Of a stretch of 64,000 nt of DNA, positions 35,701 to 50,700 are shown piece by piece. The notes under the pieces were generated by a model. It saw only the letters and a list, made by a program, of their open reading frames with translations. It was not told the DNA's origin and ran no database searches. Numbering within the stretch: position 1 is the first letter of the stretch; each line of letters starts with the position of its first letter. This stretch comes from Eledone cirrhosa (lineage: Eukaryota): the NCBI GenBank assembly GCA_964016885.1, contig OZ024742.1:361336001-361400000 (forward strand), written 5' to 3'. The translations under genes and the position numbers were made by a program.

Positions 35701-38700
35701 GAATGGCTGTCAATGGCCCTTCTCCACAGTGTTATCTCTGTCATGTCTACAGGGAATGGCTGTGAATAGCCCTTCTCCACAGTGATACATCTGTCATGTC
35801 TACAGGGAATGGCTGTCAATGGCCCGTCTCCACAGTGATACCTCTGTCATGTGTACAAGGAATGGCTGTCAATGGCCCTTCTCCACAGTGATACCTCTTT
35901 CATGTCTACAGGGAATGGCTATCAATGGCCCTTCTCCACAGTGATACCTCTGTCATGTCTACAAGGAATGGCTGTCGATGACCCTTCTCTACAGTAATAC
36001 CTCTGTCATGTCTACAGGGAATGGCTGTAAATGGCCCTTGTCCACAGTGATACCTCTGTCATGTCTACAAGGAATGGTCGTCAATGGCCCTTCTCCACAG
36101 TGATACCTCTGTCATGTCTACAAGGAATGGCTGTCGATGACCCTTCTCTACAGTAATACCTCTGTCATGTCTACAAGGAATGGTCGTCAATGGCCCTTCT
36201 CCACAGTGATACCTCTGTCATGTCTACAAGGAATGGCTGTCGATGACCCTTCTCTACAGTAATACCTCTGTCATGTCTACAAGGAATGGCTGTCGATGAG
36301 CCTTCTCCACAGCAATAACTCTGTCATGTGTACAGGAAATAGCTGTCAATAGCCCTTCTCAACAGTGATATCTCTGTCATGTCTACAGGGAATGGCTGTC
36401 AATGGCCCTTCTCCACAGTGATACCTCTGTCATGTCTATAGGGAATGGCTGTCAATGGCGCTTCTCCACAGTGATATCTCTGTCATGTCTACAGGGAATG
36501 GCTGTCAATGGCCCTTCTCCACAGTGATACCTCTGTCATGTCTACAAGGAATGGCTGGCAATAGCCCATCTCCACAGTGATACCTCTGTCATGTCTACAG
36601 GGTATGGCTGTCATTGGCCCTTCTCCACAGTGATACCTCTGTCATGTCTATAGGGAATGGCTCTCAATGGCCCTTCTCCACAGCAATACCTCTGTCATGT
36701 TTACAGGGAATGGCTGTCAATGGCCCTTCTCCACAGTGTTATCTCTGTCATATTACAGGGAATGGCTGTCAATGGCTTTTCTCCACAGTGATACCTCTGT
36801 CATGTCTACAGGGAATGGCTGTCAATGGCCCTTCTCTACAGTGAGATCTCTGTCATGTCTACAGGGAATGGCTGTCAATGGCCCTTCTCCACAGTGATAC
36901 CTCTGTCATGTATACAGGGAATGGCTGTCAATGGCCCACTCCATAGTGATACCTCTGTCATGTCTACAAGGAAAGGCTGGCAATAGCCCGTCTCCACTGT
37001 GATACCACTGTCATGTCTACAAGGAATGGCTGTCAATGGCCCCTCTCCACAGTGATACCTCTTTCATGTCTACAGGGAATGGCTGTCAATGGCCCTTCTC
37101 CACAGTGATATCTCTGTCATGTCTACAGGGAATGGCTGTCAATGGCCCTTCTCCACAGCCATACCTCTGTCATGTCTACAGGGAGTGGATCTAAATGGCC
37201 CTTCTCCACAGTGATACCTCTGTCATGTCTATAGGGAATGGCTCTCAATGGCCCTTCTCCACAGCAATACCTCTGTCATGTCTACAGGGAATGGCTGTCA
37301 ATGGCCCTTCTCCACAGTGTTATCTCTGTCATGTCTACAGGGAATGGCTGTCAATGTCCCTTCACCACAGTGTTATCTCTGTCATGTCTACAGGGAATGG
37401 CTGTCAATGGCCCTTCTCTACAGTGAAATCTCTGTAACGTCTACATGGAATGGCTGTCAATGGCCCTTCTCCACAGTGATACCTCTGTCATGTATACAGG
37501 GAATGGCTGTCAATGGCCCATCTCTATAGTGATACCTCTGTCATGTCTACAAGGAATGGCTGGCAATAGCCCGTCTCCACAGTGATACCTCTGTCATTTC
37601 TACAGGGTATGGCTGTCATTGGCCCTTCTCCACAGTGATACCTCTGTCATGTCTATAGGGAATGGCTCTCAATGGCCCTTCTCCACAGCAATATCTCTGT
37701 CATGTCTACAGGGAATGGCTGTCAATGTCCCTTCTCCACAGTGTTATCTCTGTCATGTCTACAGGGAATGGCTGTCAATGGCTTTTCTCCACAGTGATAC
37801 CTCTGTCATGTCTACAGGGAATGGCTGTCAATGGCCCTTCTCCACAGTGTTATCTCTGTCATGTCCACAGGGAATGTCTGTCAATGGCTTTTCTCCACAG
37901 TGATACCTCTGTCATGTCTACAGGGAATGGCTGTCAATGGCCCTTCTCTACAGTGAGATCTCTGTCATGTCTACAGGGTATGGCTGTCATTGGCCCTTCT
38001 CCACAGTGATACCTCTGTCATGTCTATAGGGAATGGCTCTCAATGGCCCTTCTCCACAGCAATACCTCTGTCATGTCTACAGGGAATGGCTGTCAATGGC
38101 CCTTCTCCACAGTGTTATCTCTGTCATATCTACAGGGAATGGCTGTCAATGGCTTTTCTCCACAGTGATACCTCTGTCATGTCTACAGGGAATGGCTGTC
38201 AATGGCCCTTCTCTACAGTGAGATCGCTGTCATGTCTACAGGGAATGGCTGTCAATGGCCCATCTCTATAGTGATACCTCTGTCATGTCTACAAGGAATG
38301 GCTGGCAATAGCCCGTCTCCACAGTGGTACCTCTGTCATGTCTACAGGGTATGGCTGTCATTGGCCCTTCTCCACAGTGATACCTCTGTCATGTCTATAG
38401 GGAATGGCTCTCAATGGCCCTTCTCCAAGGTGATACCTCTGTCATGTCTACAAGGAATGGCTGTCGATGACCCTTCTCCACAGAGATACCTCTGACATGT
38501 CTACAAGGAATGGCTGTCAATGGCCCTTCTCCACAGTGATATCTCTGTCATGTCCACAAGGAATGGCTGTCGATGACCCTTCTCCACAGCAATACCTCTG
38601 TCATGTCTACAGGGAATGGCTGTCAATGGCCCTTCTCCACAGTGATATCTCTGTCATATCTACAGGGAATGGCTGTCAATGGTCCTTCTCCACAGAGATA

Positions 38701-41700
38701 CCTTTGTCATGTCTATAGGGAATGGCTGTCAATGGCCCTTCTCCACAGTGATATCTCTGTCATGTCTATAGGGAATGGCTGTCAATGGCCCTTATCCACA
38801 GTGATATCTCTGTCATGTCTACAGGGAATGGCTGTCAATGGCCCTTCTCCACAGTGTTATCTCTGTCATGTCTACAGGGAATGGCTGTGAATAGCCCTTC
38901 TCCACAGTGATACCTCTGTCATGTCTACAGGGAATGGCTGTCAATGGCCCGTCTCCACAGTGATACCTCTGCCATGTGTACAAGGAATGGCTGTCAATGG
39001 CCCTTCTCCACAGTGATACCTCTTTCATGTCTACAGGGAATGGCTGTCAATGGCTCTTCTCCACAGCAATACCTCTGTCATGTCTACAGGGAATGGCTGT
39101 CAATGGCCCTTCTCCACAGTGATATCTCTGTCATATCTACAGGGAATGGCTGTCAATGGTCCTTCTCCACAGAGATACCTTTGTCATGTCTATAGGGAAT
39201 GGCTGTCAATGGCCCTTCTCCACAGTGATATCTCTGTCATGTCTATAGGGAATGGCTGTCAATGGCCCTTATCCACAGTGATATCTCTGTCATGTCTACA
39301 GGGAATGACTCTCAATGGCCCTTCTCCACAGTGATATCTCTACCATGTCTACAGGGAATGGCTGTCAATGGACCTTCTCCACAGTGATCCCTCTACCATG
39401 TCTACAGGGAATGGCTGTCAATGGTCCTTCTCCTCAGTGATACCTCTGTCATGTCTATAGGGAATGGCTGTCAATGGTCCTTCTCCTCAGTGATACCTCT
39501 GTCATGTCTATAGGGAATGGCTGTCAATGGCCCTTATCCACAGTGATATCTCTGTCATGTCTACAGGGAATGGCTGTCAATGGCCCTTCTCCACAGTGTT
39601 ATCTCTGTCATGTCTACAGGGAATGGCTGTGAATAGCCCTTCTCCACAGTGATACATCTGTCATGTCTACAGGGAATGGCTGTCAATGGCCCGTCTCCAC
39701 AGTGATACCTCTGTCATGTGTACAAGGAATGGCTGTCAATGGCCCTTCTCCACAGTGATACCTCTTTCATGTCTACAGGGAATGGCTATCAATGGCCCTT
39801 CTCCACAGTGATACCTCTGTCATGTCTACAAGGAATGGCTGTCGATGACCCATTTTCTACAGTAATACCTCTGTCATGTCTACAGGGAATGGCTGTAAAT
39901 GGCCCTTGTCCACAGTGATACCTCTGTCATGTCTACAAGGAATGGTCGTCAATGGCCCTTCTCCACAGTGATACCTCTGTCATGTCTACAAGGAATGGCT
40001 GTCGATGACCCTTCTCTACAGTAATACCTCTGTCATGTCTACAAGGAATGGTCGTCAATGGCCCTTCTCCACAGTGATACCTCTGTCATGTCTACAAGGA
40101 ATGGCTGTCGATGACCCTTCTCTACAGTAATACCTCTGTCATGTCTACAAGGAATGGCTGTCGATGAGCCTTCTCCACAGCAATAACTCTGTCATGTGTA
40201 CAGGAAATAGCTGTCAATAGCCCTTCTCAACAGTGATATCTCTGTCATGTCTACAGGGAATGGCTGTCAATGGCCCTTCTCCACAGTGATACCTCTGTCA
40301 TGTCTATAGGGAATGGCTGTCAATGGCCCTTCTCCACAGTGATATCTCTGTCATGTCTACAGGGAATGGCTGTCAATGGCCCTTCTCCACAGTGATACCT
40401 CTGTCATGTCTACAAGGAATGGCTGGCAATAGCCCATCTCCACAGTGATACCTCTGTCATGTCTACAGGGTATGGCTGTCATTGGCCCTTCTCCACAGTG
40501 ATACCTCTGTCATGTCTATAGGGAATGGCTCTCAATGGCCCTTCTCCACAGCAATACCTCTGTCATGTTTACAGGGAATGGCTGTCAATGGCCCTTCTCC
40601 ACAGTGTTATCTCTGTCATATTACAGGGAATGGCTGTCAATGGCTTTTCTCCACAGTGATACCTCTGTCATGTCTACAGGGAATGGCTGTCAATGGCCCT
40701 TCTCCACAGTGATACCTCTGTCATGTATACAGGGAATGGCTGTCAATGGCCCATCTCTATAGTGATACCTCTGTCATGTCTACAAGGAATGGCTGGCAAT
40801 AGCCCGTCTCCACAGTGGTACCTCTGTCATGTCTACAGGGTATGGCTGTCATTGGCCCTTCTCCACAGTGATACCTCTGTCATGTCTATAGGGAATGGCT
40901 CTCAATGGCCCTTCTCCAAGGTGATACCTCTGTCATGTCTACAAGGAATGGCTGTCGATGACCCTTCTCCACAGAGATACCTCTGACATGTCTACAAGGA
41001 ATGGCTGTCAATGGCCCTTCTCCACAGTGATATCTCTGTCATGTCCACAAGGAATGGCTGTCGATGACCCTTCTCCACAGCAATACCTCTGTCATGTCTA
41101 CAGGGAATGGCTGTCAATGGCCCTTCTCCACAGTGATATCTCTGTCATATCTACAGGGAATGGCTGTCAATGGTCCTTCTCCACAGAGATACCTTTGTCA
41201 TGTCTATAGGGAATGGCTGTCAATGGCCCTTCTCCACAGTGATATCTCTGTCATGTCTATAGGGAATGGCTGTCAATGGCCCTTATCCACAGTGATATCT
41301 CTGTCATGTCTACAGGGAATGGCTGTCAATGGCCCTTCTCCACAGTGTTATCTCTGTCATGTCTACAGGGAATGGCTGTGAATAGCCCTTCTCCACAGTG
41401 ATACCTCTGTCATGTCTACAGGGAATGGCTGTCAATGGCCCGTCTCCACAGTGATACCTCTGCCATGTGTACAAGGAATGGCTGTCAATGGCCCTTCTCC
41501 ACAGTGATATCTCTTTCATGTCTACAGGGAATGGCTATCAATGGCCCTTCTCCACAGTGATATCGCTGTCATGTCTACAGGGAATGGCTGTCAATGGCTC
41601 TTCTCCACAGCAATACCTCTGTCATGTCTAGAGGGTATGGCTGTCATTGGCCCTTCTCCACATTGATACCTCTGTCATGTGTATAGGGAATGGCTCTCAA

Positions 41701-44700
41701 TGGCCCTTCTCCACAGCAATACCTCTGTCATGTCTACAGGGAATGGCTGTCAATGGCCCTTCTCCACAGTGATACCTCTGTCATGTCTATAGGGAATGGC
41801 TGTCAAATTGCCCTTCTCCACAGTGATACATCTGTCATATCTACAGGGAATGGCTGTCAATGGCCCTTCTCCACAGCAATACCTCTGTCATGTCTGCAGG
41901 GAATGGCTGTCAATGGCCCTTCTCCGCAGTGTTATCTCTGTCATGTCTACAGGGAATGGCTGTCAATGGCGCTTCTTCACAGTGATACCTCTGTCATGTC
42001 TACAGGGAATGGCTGTCAATGGCCCTTCTCCACAGCAATGCCCTTGTCATGTCTACAGGGAATGGCTGTCAATGGCCCTTCTCCACAGTGATACCTCTGT
42101 CATGTCTACAGGGAATGGCTGTCAATGGCCCTTCTCCACATTGTTATCTCTGTCATGTCTACAGGGAATGGCTGTCAATGGCCCTTCTCCACAGCAATAC
42201 CTCTGTCATGTCTACAGGGAATGGCTGTCAATGGCCCTTCTCCACAGTGATACCTCTGTCATGTCTATAGGGAATGGCTGTCAATGGCCCTTCTCCACAG
42301 CAATACCTCTGTCATGTCTACAGGGAATGGCTGTCAATGGCCCTTCTCCACAGTGATACCTCTGTCATGTCTATAGGGAATGGCTGTCAATGGCCCTTCT
42401 CCACAGCAATACCTCTGTCATGTCTACAGGGAATGGCTGTCAATGGCCCTTCTCCACAGTGATACCTCTGTCATATCTACAGGGTATATCTGTCAATGGC
42501 CCATCACTATAGTGATACCTCTGTCATGTCTATAGGGAATGGCTGTCAATGGCCCTTCTCCACAGTGATATCTCTGTCATGTCTACATGGAATGGCTGTC
42601 AATGGCCCTTCTCCACAGCAATATCTCTGTCATGTCTACAGGGAATGGCTGTCAACGGCCCTTCTCCACAGTGATATCTCTGTCATGTCTACAGGGAATG
42701 GCTGTCAATGGCCCTTCTCCACAGCCATACCTCTGTCATGTCTACAGGGAGTGGCTCTAAATGGCCCTTCTCCACAGTGATACCTCTGTCATGTCTATAG
42801 GGAATGGCTCTCAATGGCCCTTCTCCACAGCAATACCTCTGTCATGTCTACAGGGAATGGCTGTCAATGGCCCTTCTCCACAGTGTTATCTCTGTCATGT
42901 CTACAGGGAATGGCTGTCAATGTCCCTTCACCACAGTGTTACCTCTGTCATGTCTACAGGGAATGGCTGTCAATGGCCCTTCTCTACAGTGAAATCTCTG
43001 TAACGTCTACAGGGAATGGCTGTCAATGGCCCTTCTCCACAGTGATACCTCTGTCATGTATACAGGGAATGGCTGTCAATGGCCCATCTGTATAGTGATA
43101 CCTCTGTCATGTCTACAAGGAATGGCTGGCAATAGCCCGTCTCCACAGTGATACCTCTGTCATTTCTACATGGTATGGCTGTCATTGGCCCTTCTCCACA
43201 GTGATACCTCTGTCATGTCTATAGGGAATGACTCTCAATGGCCCTTCTCCACAGCAATACCTCTGTCATGTCTACAGGGAATGGCTGTCAATGGCCCTTC
43301 TCCACAGTGTTATCTCTGTCATGTCTACAGGGAATGGCTGTGAATAGCCCTTCTCCACAGTGATACCTCTGTCATGTCTACAGGGAATGGCTGTCAATGG
43401 CCCGTCTCCACAGTGATACCTCTGCCATGTGTACAAGGAATGGCTGTCAATGGCCCTTCTCCACAGTGATACCTCTTTCATGTCTACAGGGAACGGCTAT
43501 CAATGGCCCTTCTCCACAGTGATATCGCTGTCATGTCTACAGGGAATGGCTCTCAATGGCTCTTCTCCACAGCAATACCTCTGTCATGTCTAGAGGGTAT
43601 GGCTGTCATTGGCCCTTCTCCACATTGATACCTCTGTCATGTGTATAGGGAATGGCTCTCAATGGCCCTTCTCCACAGCAATACCTCTGTCATGTCTACA
43701 GGGAATGGCTGTCAATGGCCCTTCTCCACAGTGATACCTCTGTCATGTCTATAGGGAATGGCTGTCAAATTGCCCTTCTCCACAGTGATACATCTGTCAT
43801 ATCTACAGGGAATGGCTGTCAATGGCCCTTCTCCACAGCAATACCTCTGTCATGTCTGCAGGGAATGGCTGTCAATGGCCCTTCTCCACAGTGTTATCTC
43901 TGTCATGTCTACAGGGAATGGCTGTCAATGGCGCTTCTTCACAGTGATACCTCTGTCATGTCTACAGGGAATGGCTGTCAATGGCCCTTCTCCACAGCAA
44001 TGCCCTTGTCATGTCTACAGGGAATGGCTGTCAATGGCCCTTCTCCACAGTGATACCTCTGTCATGTCTACAGGGAATGGCTGTCAATGGCCCTTCTCCA
44101 CATTGTAATCTCTGTCATGTCTACAGGGAATGGCTGTCAATGGCCCTTCTCCACAGCAATACCTCTGTCATGTCTACAGGGAATGGCTGTCAATGGCCCT
44201 TCTCCACAGTGATACCTCTGTCATGTCTATACGGAATGGCTGTCAATGGCCCTTCTCCACAGCAATACCTCTGTCATGTCTACAGGGAATGGCTGTCAAT
44301 GGCCCTTCTCCACAGCAATACCTCTGTCATGTCTACAGGGAATGGCTGTCAATGGCCCTTCTCCACAGTGATACCTCTGTCATGTCTATAGGGAATGGCT
44401 GTCAATGGCCCTTCTCCACAGCAATACCTCTGTCATGTCTACAGGGAATGGCTGTCAATGGCCCTTCTCCACAGTGATACCTCTGTCATATCTACAGGGA
44501 ATATCTGTCAATGGCCCATCACTATAGTGATACCTCTGTCATGTCTATAGGGAATGGCTGTCAATGGCCCTTCTCCACAGTGATATCTCTGTCATGTCTA
44601 CATGGAATGGCTGTCAATGGCCCTTCTCCACAGCAATATCTCTGTCATGTCTACAGGGAATGGCTGTCAATGGCCCTTCTCCACAGTGATATCTCTGTCA

Positions 44701-47700
44701 TGTCTACAGGGAATGGCTGTCAATGGCCCTTCTCCACAGCCATACCTCTGTCATGTCTACAGGGAGTGGCTCTAAATGGCCCTTCTCCACAGTGATACCT
44801 CTGTCATGTCTATAGGGAATGGCTCTCAATGGCCCTTCTCCACAGCAATACCTCTGTCATGTCTACAGGGAATGGCTGTCAATGGCCCTTCTCCACAGTG
44901 TTATCTCTGTCATGTCTACAGGGAATGGCTGTCAATGTCCCTTCACCACAGTGTTACCTCTGTCATGTCTACAGGGAATGGCTGTCAATGGCCCTTCTCT
45001 ACAGTGAAATCTCTGTAACGTCTACAGGGAATGGCTGTCAATGGCCCTTCTCCACAGTGATACCTCTGTCATGTATACAGGGAATGGCTGTCAATGGCCC
45101 ATCTCTATAGTGATACCTCTGTCATGTCTACAAGGAATGGCTGGCAATAGCCCGTCTCCACAGTGATACCTCTGTCATTTCTACAGGGTATGGCTGTCAT
45201 TGGCCCTTCTCCACAGTGATACCTCTGTCATGTCTATAGGGAATGACTCTCAATGGCCCTTCTCCACAGCAATACCTCTGTCATGTCTACAGGGAATGGC
45301 TGTCAATGGCCCTTCTCCACAGTGTTATCTCTGTCATGTCTACAGGGAATGGCTGTGAATAGCCCTTCTCCACAGTGATACCTCTGTCATGTCTACAGGG
45401 AATGGCTGTCAATGGCCCGTCTCCACAGTGATACCTCTGCCATGTGTACAAGGAATGGCTGTCAATGGCCCTTCTCCACAGTGATACCTCTTTCATGTCT
45501 ACAGGGAATGGCTATCAATGGCCCTTCTCCACAGTGATATCGCTGTCATGTCTACAGGGAATGGCTGTCAATGGCTCTTCTCCACAGCAATACCTCTGTC
45601 ATGTCTAGAGGGTATGGCTGTCATTGGCCCTTCTCCACAGTGATACCTCTGTCATGTGTATAGGGAATGGCTCTCAATGGCCCTTCTCCACAGCAATACC
45701 TCTGTCATGTCTACAGGGAATGGCTGTCAATGGCCCTTCTCCACAGTGATATCGCTGTCATGTCTACAGGGAATGGCTGTCAATGGCTCTTCTCCACAGC
45801 AATGCCCTTGTCATGTCTACAGGGAATGGCTGTCAATGGCCCTTCTCCACAGTGATACCTCTGTCATGTCTACAGGGAATGGCTGTCAATGGCCCTTCTC
45901 CACAGCGATACCTCTGTCATGTCTATAGGGAATGGCTGTCAATGGCCCTTCTCCACAGCAATACCTCTGTCATGTCTACAGGGAATGGCTGTCAATGGCC
46001 CTTCTCCACAGCAATACCTCTGTCATGTCTACAGGGAATGGCTGTCAATGGCCCTTCTCCACAGTGATACCTCTGTCATGTCTATAGGGAATGGCTGTCA
46101 ATGGCCCTTCTCCACAGCAATACCTCTGTCATGTCTACAGGGAATGGCTGTCAATGGCCCTTCTCCACAGTGATACCTCTGTCATATCTACAGGGAATAT
46201 CTGTCAATGGCCCATCACTATAGTGATACCTCTGTCATGTCTATAGGGAATGGCTGTCAATGGCCCTTCTCCACAGTGATATCTCTGTCATGTCTACATG
46301 GAATGGCTGTCAATGGCCCTTCTCCACAGCAATATCTCTGTCATGTCTACAGGGAATGGCTGTCAATGGCCCTTCTCCACAGTGATATCTCTGTCATGTC
46401 TACAGGGAATGGCTGTCAATGGCCCTTCTCCACAGTGTTATCTCTGTCATGTCTACAGGGAATGGCTGTCAATGTCCCTTCACCACAGTGTTATCTCTGT
46501 CATGTCTACAGGGAATGGCTGTCAATGGCCCTTCTCTACAGTGAAATCTCTGTAACGTCTACAGGGAATGGGTGTCAATGGCCCTTCTCCACAGTGATAC
46601 CTCTGTCATGTATACAGGGAATGGCTGTCAATGGCCCATCTCTATAGTGATACCTCTGTCATGTCTACAAGGAATGGCTGGCAATAGCCCGTCTCCACAG
46701 TGATACCTCTGTCATTTCTACAGGGTATGGCTGTCATTGGCCCTTCTCCACAGTGATACCTCTGTCATGTCTATAGGGAATGGCTGTCAATGGCCCTTCT
46801 CCACAGCAATACCTCTGTCATGTCTACAGGGAATGGCTGTCAATGTCCCTTCTCCACAGTGTTATCTCTGTCATGTCTACAGGGAATGGCTGTCAATGGC
46901 TTTTCTCCACAGTGATACCTCTGTCATGTCTACAGGGAATGGCTGTCAATGGCCCTTCTCCACAGTGTTATCTCTGTCATGTCCACAGGGAATGTCTGTC
47001 AATGGCTTTTCTCCACAGTGATACCTCTGTCATGTCTACAGGGAATGGCTGTCAATGGCCCTTCTCTACAGTGAGATCTCTGTCATGTCTACAGGGAATG
47101 GCTGTCAATGGCCCATCTCTATAGTGATACCTCTGTCATGTCTACAAGGAATGGCTGGCAATAGCCCGTCTCCACAGTGATACCTCTGTCATGTCTACAG
47201 GGTATGGCTGTCATTGGCCCTTCTCCACAGTGATACCTCTGTCATGTCTATAGGGAATGGCTCTCAATGGCCCTTCTCCACAGCAATACCTCTGTCATGT
47301 CTACAGGGAATGGCTGTCAATGGCCCTTCTCCACAGTGTTATCTCTGTCATATCTACAGGGAATGGCTGTCAATGGCTTTTCTCCACAGTGATACCTCTG
47401 TCATGTCTACAGGGAATGGCTGTCAATGGCCCTTCTCTACAGTGAGATCTCTGTCATGTCTACAGGGAATGGCTGTCAATGGCCCATCTCTATAGTGATA
47501 CCTCTGTCATGTCCACAAGGAATGGCTGGCAATAGCCCGTCTCCACAGTGGTACCTCTGTCATGTCTACAGGGTATGGCTGTCATTGGCCCTTCTCCACA
47601 GTGATACCTCTGTCATGTCTATAGGGAATGGCTCTCAATGGCCCTTCTCCAAGGTGATACCTCTGTCATGTCTACAAGGAATGGCTGTCGATGACCCTTC

Positions 47701-50700
47701 TCCACAGAGATACCTCTGACATGTCTACAAGGAATGGCTGTCAATGGCCCTTCTCCACAGTGATATCTCTGTCATGTCCACAAGGAATGGCTGTCGATGA
47801 CCCTTCTCCACAGCAATACCTCTGTCATGTCTACAGGGAATGGCTGTCAATGGCCCTTCTCCACAGTGATATCTCTGTCATATCTACAGGGAATGGCTGT
47901 CAATGGTCCTTCTCCACAGAGATACCTTTGTCATGTCTATAGGGAATGGCTGTCAATGGCCCTTCTCCACAGTGATATCTCTGTCATGTCTATAGGGAAT
48001 GGCTGTCAATGGCCCTTATCCACAGTGATATCTCTGTCATGTCTACAGGGAATGGCTGTCAATGGCCCTTCTCCACAGTGTTATCTCTGTCATGTCTACA
48101 GGGAATGGCTGTGAATAGCCCTTCTCCACAGTGATACCTCTGTCATGTCTACAGGGAATGGCTGTCAATGGCCCGTCTCCACAGTGATACCTCTGCCATG
48201 TGTACAAGGAATGGCTGTCAATGGCCCTTCTCCACAGTGATACCTCTTTCATGTCTACAGGGAATGGCTATCAATGGCCCTTCTCCACAGTGATATCGCT
48301 GTCATGTCTACAGGGAATGGCTGTCAATGGCTCTTCTCCACAGCAATACCTCTGTCATGTCTAGAGGGTATGGCTGTCATTGGCCCTTCTCCACATTGAT
48401 ACCTCTGTCATGTGTATAGGGAATGGCTCTCAATGGCCCTTCTCCACAGCAATACCTCTGTCATGTCTACAGGGAATGGCTGTCAATGGCCCTTCTCCAC
48501 AGTGATACCTCTGTCATGTCTATAGGGAATGGCTGTCAAATTGCCCTTCTCCACAGTGATACATCTGTCATATCTACAGGGAATGGCTGTCAATGGCCCT
48601 TCTCCACAGCAATACCTCTGTCATGTCTGCAGGGAATGGCTGTCAATGGCCCTTCTCCACAGTGTTATCTCTGTCATGTCTAGAGGCAATGGCTGTCAAT
48701 GGCGCTTCTTCACAGTGATACCTCTGTCATGTCTACAGGGAATGGCTGTCAATGGCCCTTCTCCACAGCAATGCCCTTGTCATGTCTACAGGGAATGGCT
48801 GTCAATGGCCCTTCTCCACAGTGATACCTCTGTCATGTCTACAGGGAATGGCTGTCAATGGCCCTTCTCCACATTGTTATCTCTGTCATGTCTACAGGGA
48901 ATGGCTGTCAATGGCCCTTCTCCACAGCAATACCTCTGTCATGTCTACAGGGAATGGCTGTCAATGGCCCTTCTCCACAGTGATACCTCTGTCATGTCTA
49001 TAGGGAATGGCTGTCAATGGCCCTTCTCCACAGCAATACCTCTGTCATGTCTACAGGGAATGGCTGTCAATGGCCCTTCTCCACAGCAATACCTCTGTCA
49101 TGTCTACAGGGAATGGCTGTCAATGGCCCTTCTCCACAGTGATACCTCTGTCATGTCTATAGGGAATGGCTGTCAATGGCCCTTCTCCACAGCAATACCT
49201 CTGTCATGTCTACAGGGAATGGCTGTCAATGGCCCTTCTCCACAGTGATACCTCTGTCATATCTACAGGGAATATCTGTCAATGGCCCATCACTATAGTG
49301 ATACCTCTGTCATGTCTATAGGGAATGGCTGTCAATGGCCCTTCTCCACAGTGATATCTCTGTCATGTCTACATGGAATGGCTGTCAATGGCCCTTCTCC
49401 ACAGCAATATCTCTGTCATGTCTACAGGGAATGGCTGTCAATGGCCCTTCTCCACAGTGATATCTCTGTCATGTCTACAGGGAATGGCTGTCAATGGCCC
49501 TTCTCCACAGCCATACCTCTGTCATGTCTACAGGGAGTGGCTCTAAATGGCCCTTCTCCACAGTGATACCTCTGTCATGTCTATAGGGAATGGCTCTCAA
49601 TGGCCCTTCTCCACAGCAATACCTCTGTCATGTCTACAGGGAATGGCTGTCAATGGCCCTTCTCCACAGTGTTATCTCTGTCATGTCTACAGGGAATGGC
49701 TGTCAATGTCCCTTCACCACAGTGTTACCTCTGTCATGTCTACAGGGAATGGCTGTCAATGGCCCTTCTCTACAGTGAGATCTCTGTAACGTCTACAGGG
49801 AATGGCTGTCAATGGCCCTTCTCCACAGTGATACCTCTGTCATATCTACAGGGAATATCTGTCAATGGCCCATCACTATAGTGATACCTCTGTCATGTCT
49901 ATAGGGAATGGCTGTCAATGGCCCTTCTCCACAGTGATATCTCTGTCATGTCTACATGGAATGGCTGTCAATGGCCCTTCTCCACAGCAATATCTCTGTC
50001 ATGTCTACAGGGAATGGCTGTCAATGGCCCTTCTCCACAGTGATATCTCTGTCATGTCTACAGGGAATGGCTGTCAATGGCCCTTCTCCACAGCCATACC
50101 TCTGTCATGTCTACAGGGAGTGGCTCTAAATGGCCCTTCTCCACAGTGATACCTCTGTCATGTCTATAGGGAATGGCTCTCAATGGCCCTTCTCCACAGC
50201 AATACCTCTGTCATGTCTACAGGGAATGGCTGTCAATGGCCCTTCTCCACAGTGTTATCTCTGTCATGTCTACAGGGAATGGCTGTCAATGTCCCTTCAC
50301 CACAGTGTTACCTCTGTCATGTCTACAGGGAATGGCTGTCAATGGCCCTTCTCTACAGTGAAATCTCTGTAACGTCTACAGGGAATGGCTGTCAATGGCC
50401 CTTCTCCACAGTGATACCTCTGTCATGTATACAGGGAATGGCTGTCAATGGCCCATCTCTATAGTGATACCTCTGTCATGTCTACAAGGAATGGCTGGCA
50501 ATAGCCCGTCTCCACAGTGATACCTCTGTCATTTCTACAGGGTATGGCTGTCATTGGCCCTTCTCCACAGTGATACCTCTGTCATGTCTATAGGGAATGA
50601 CTCTCAATGGCCCTTCTCCACAGCAATACCTCTGTCATGTCTACAGGGAATGGCTGTCAATGGCCCTTCTCCACAGTGTTATCTCTGTCATGTCTACAGG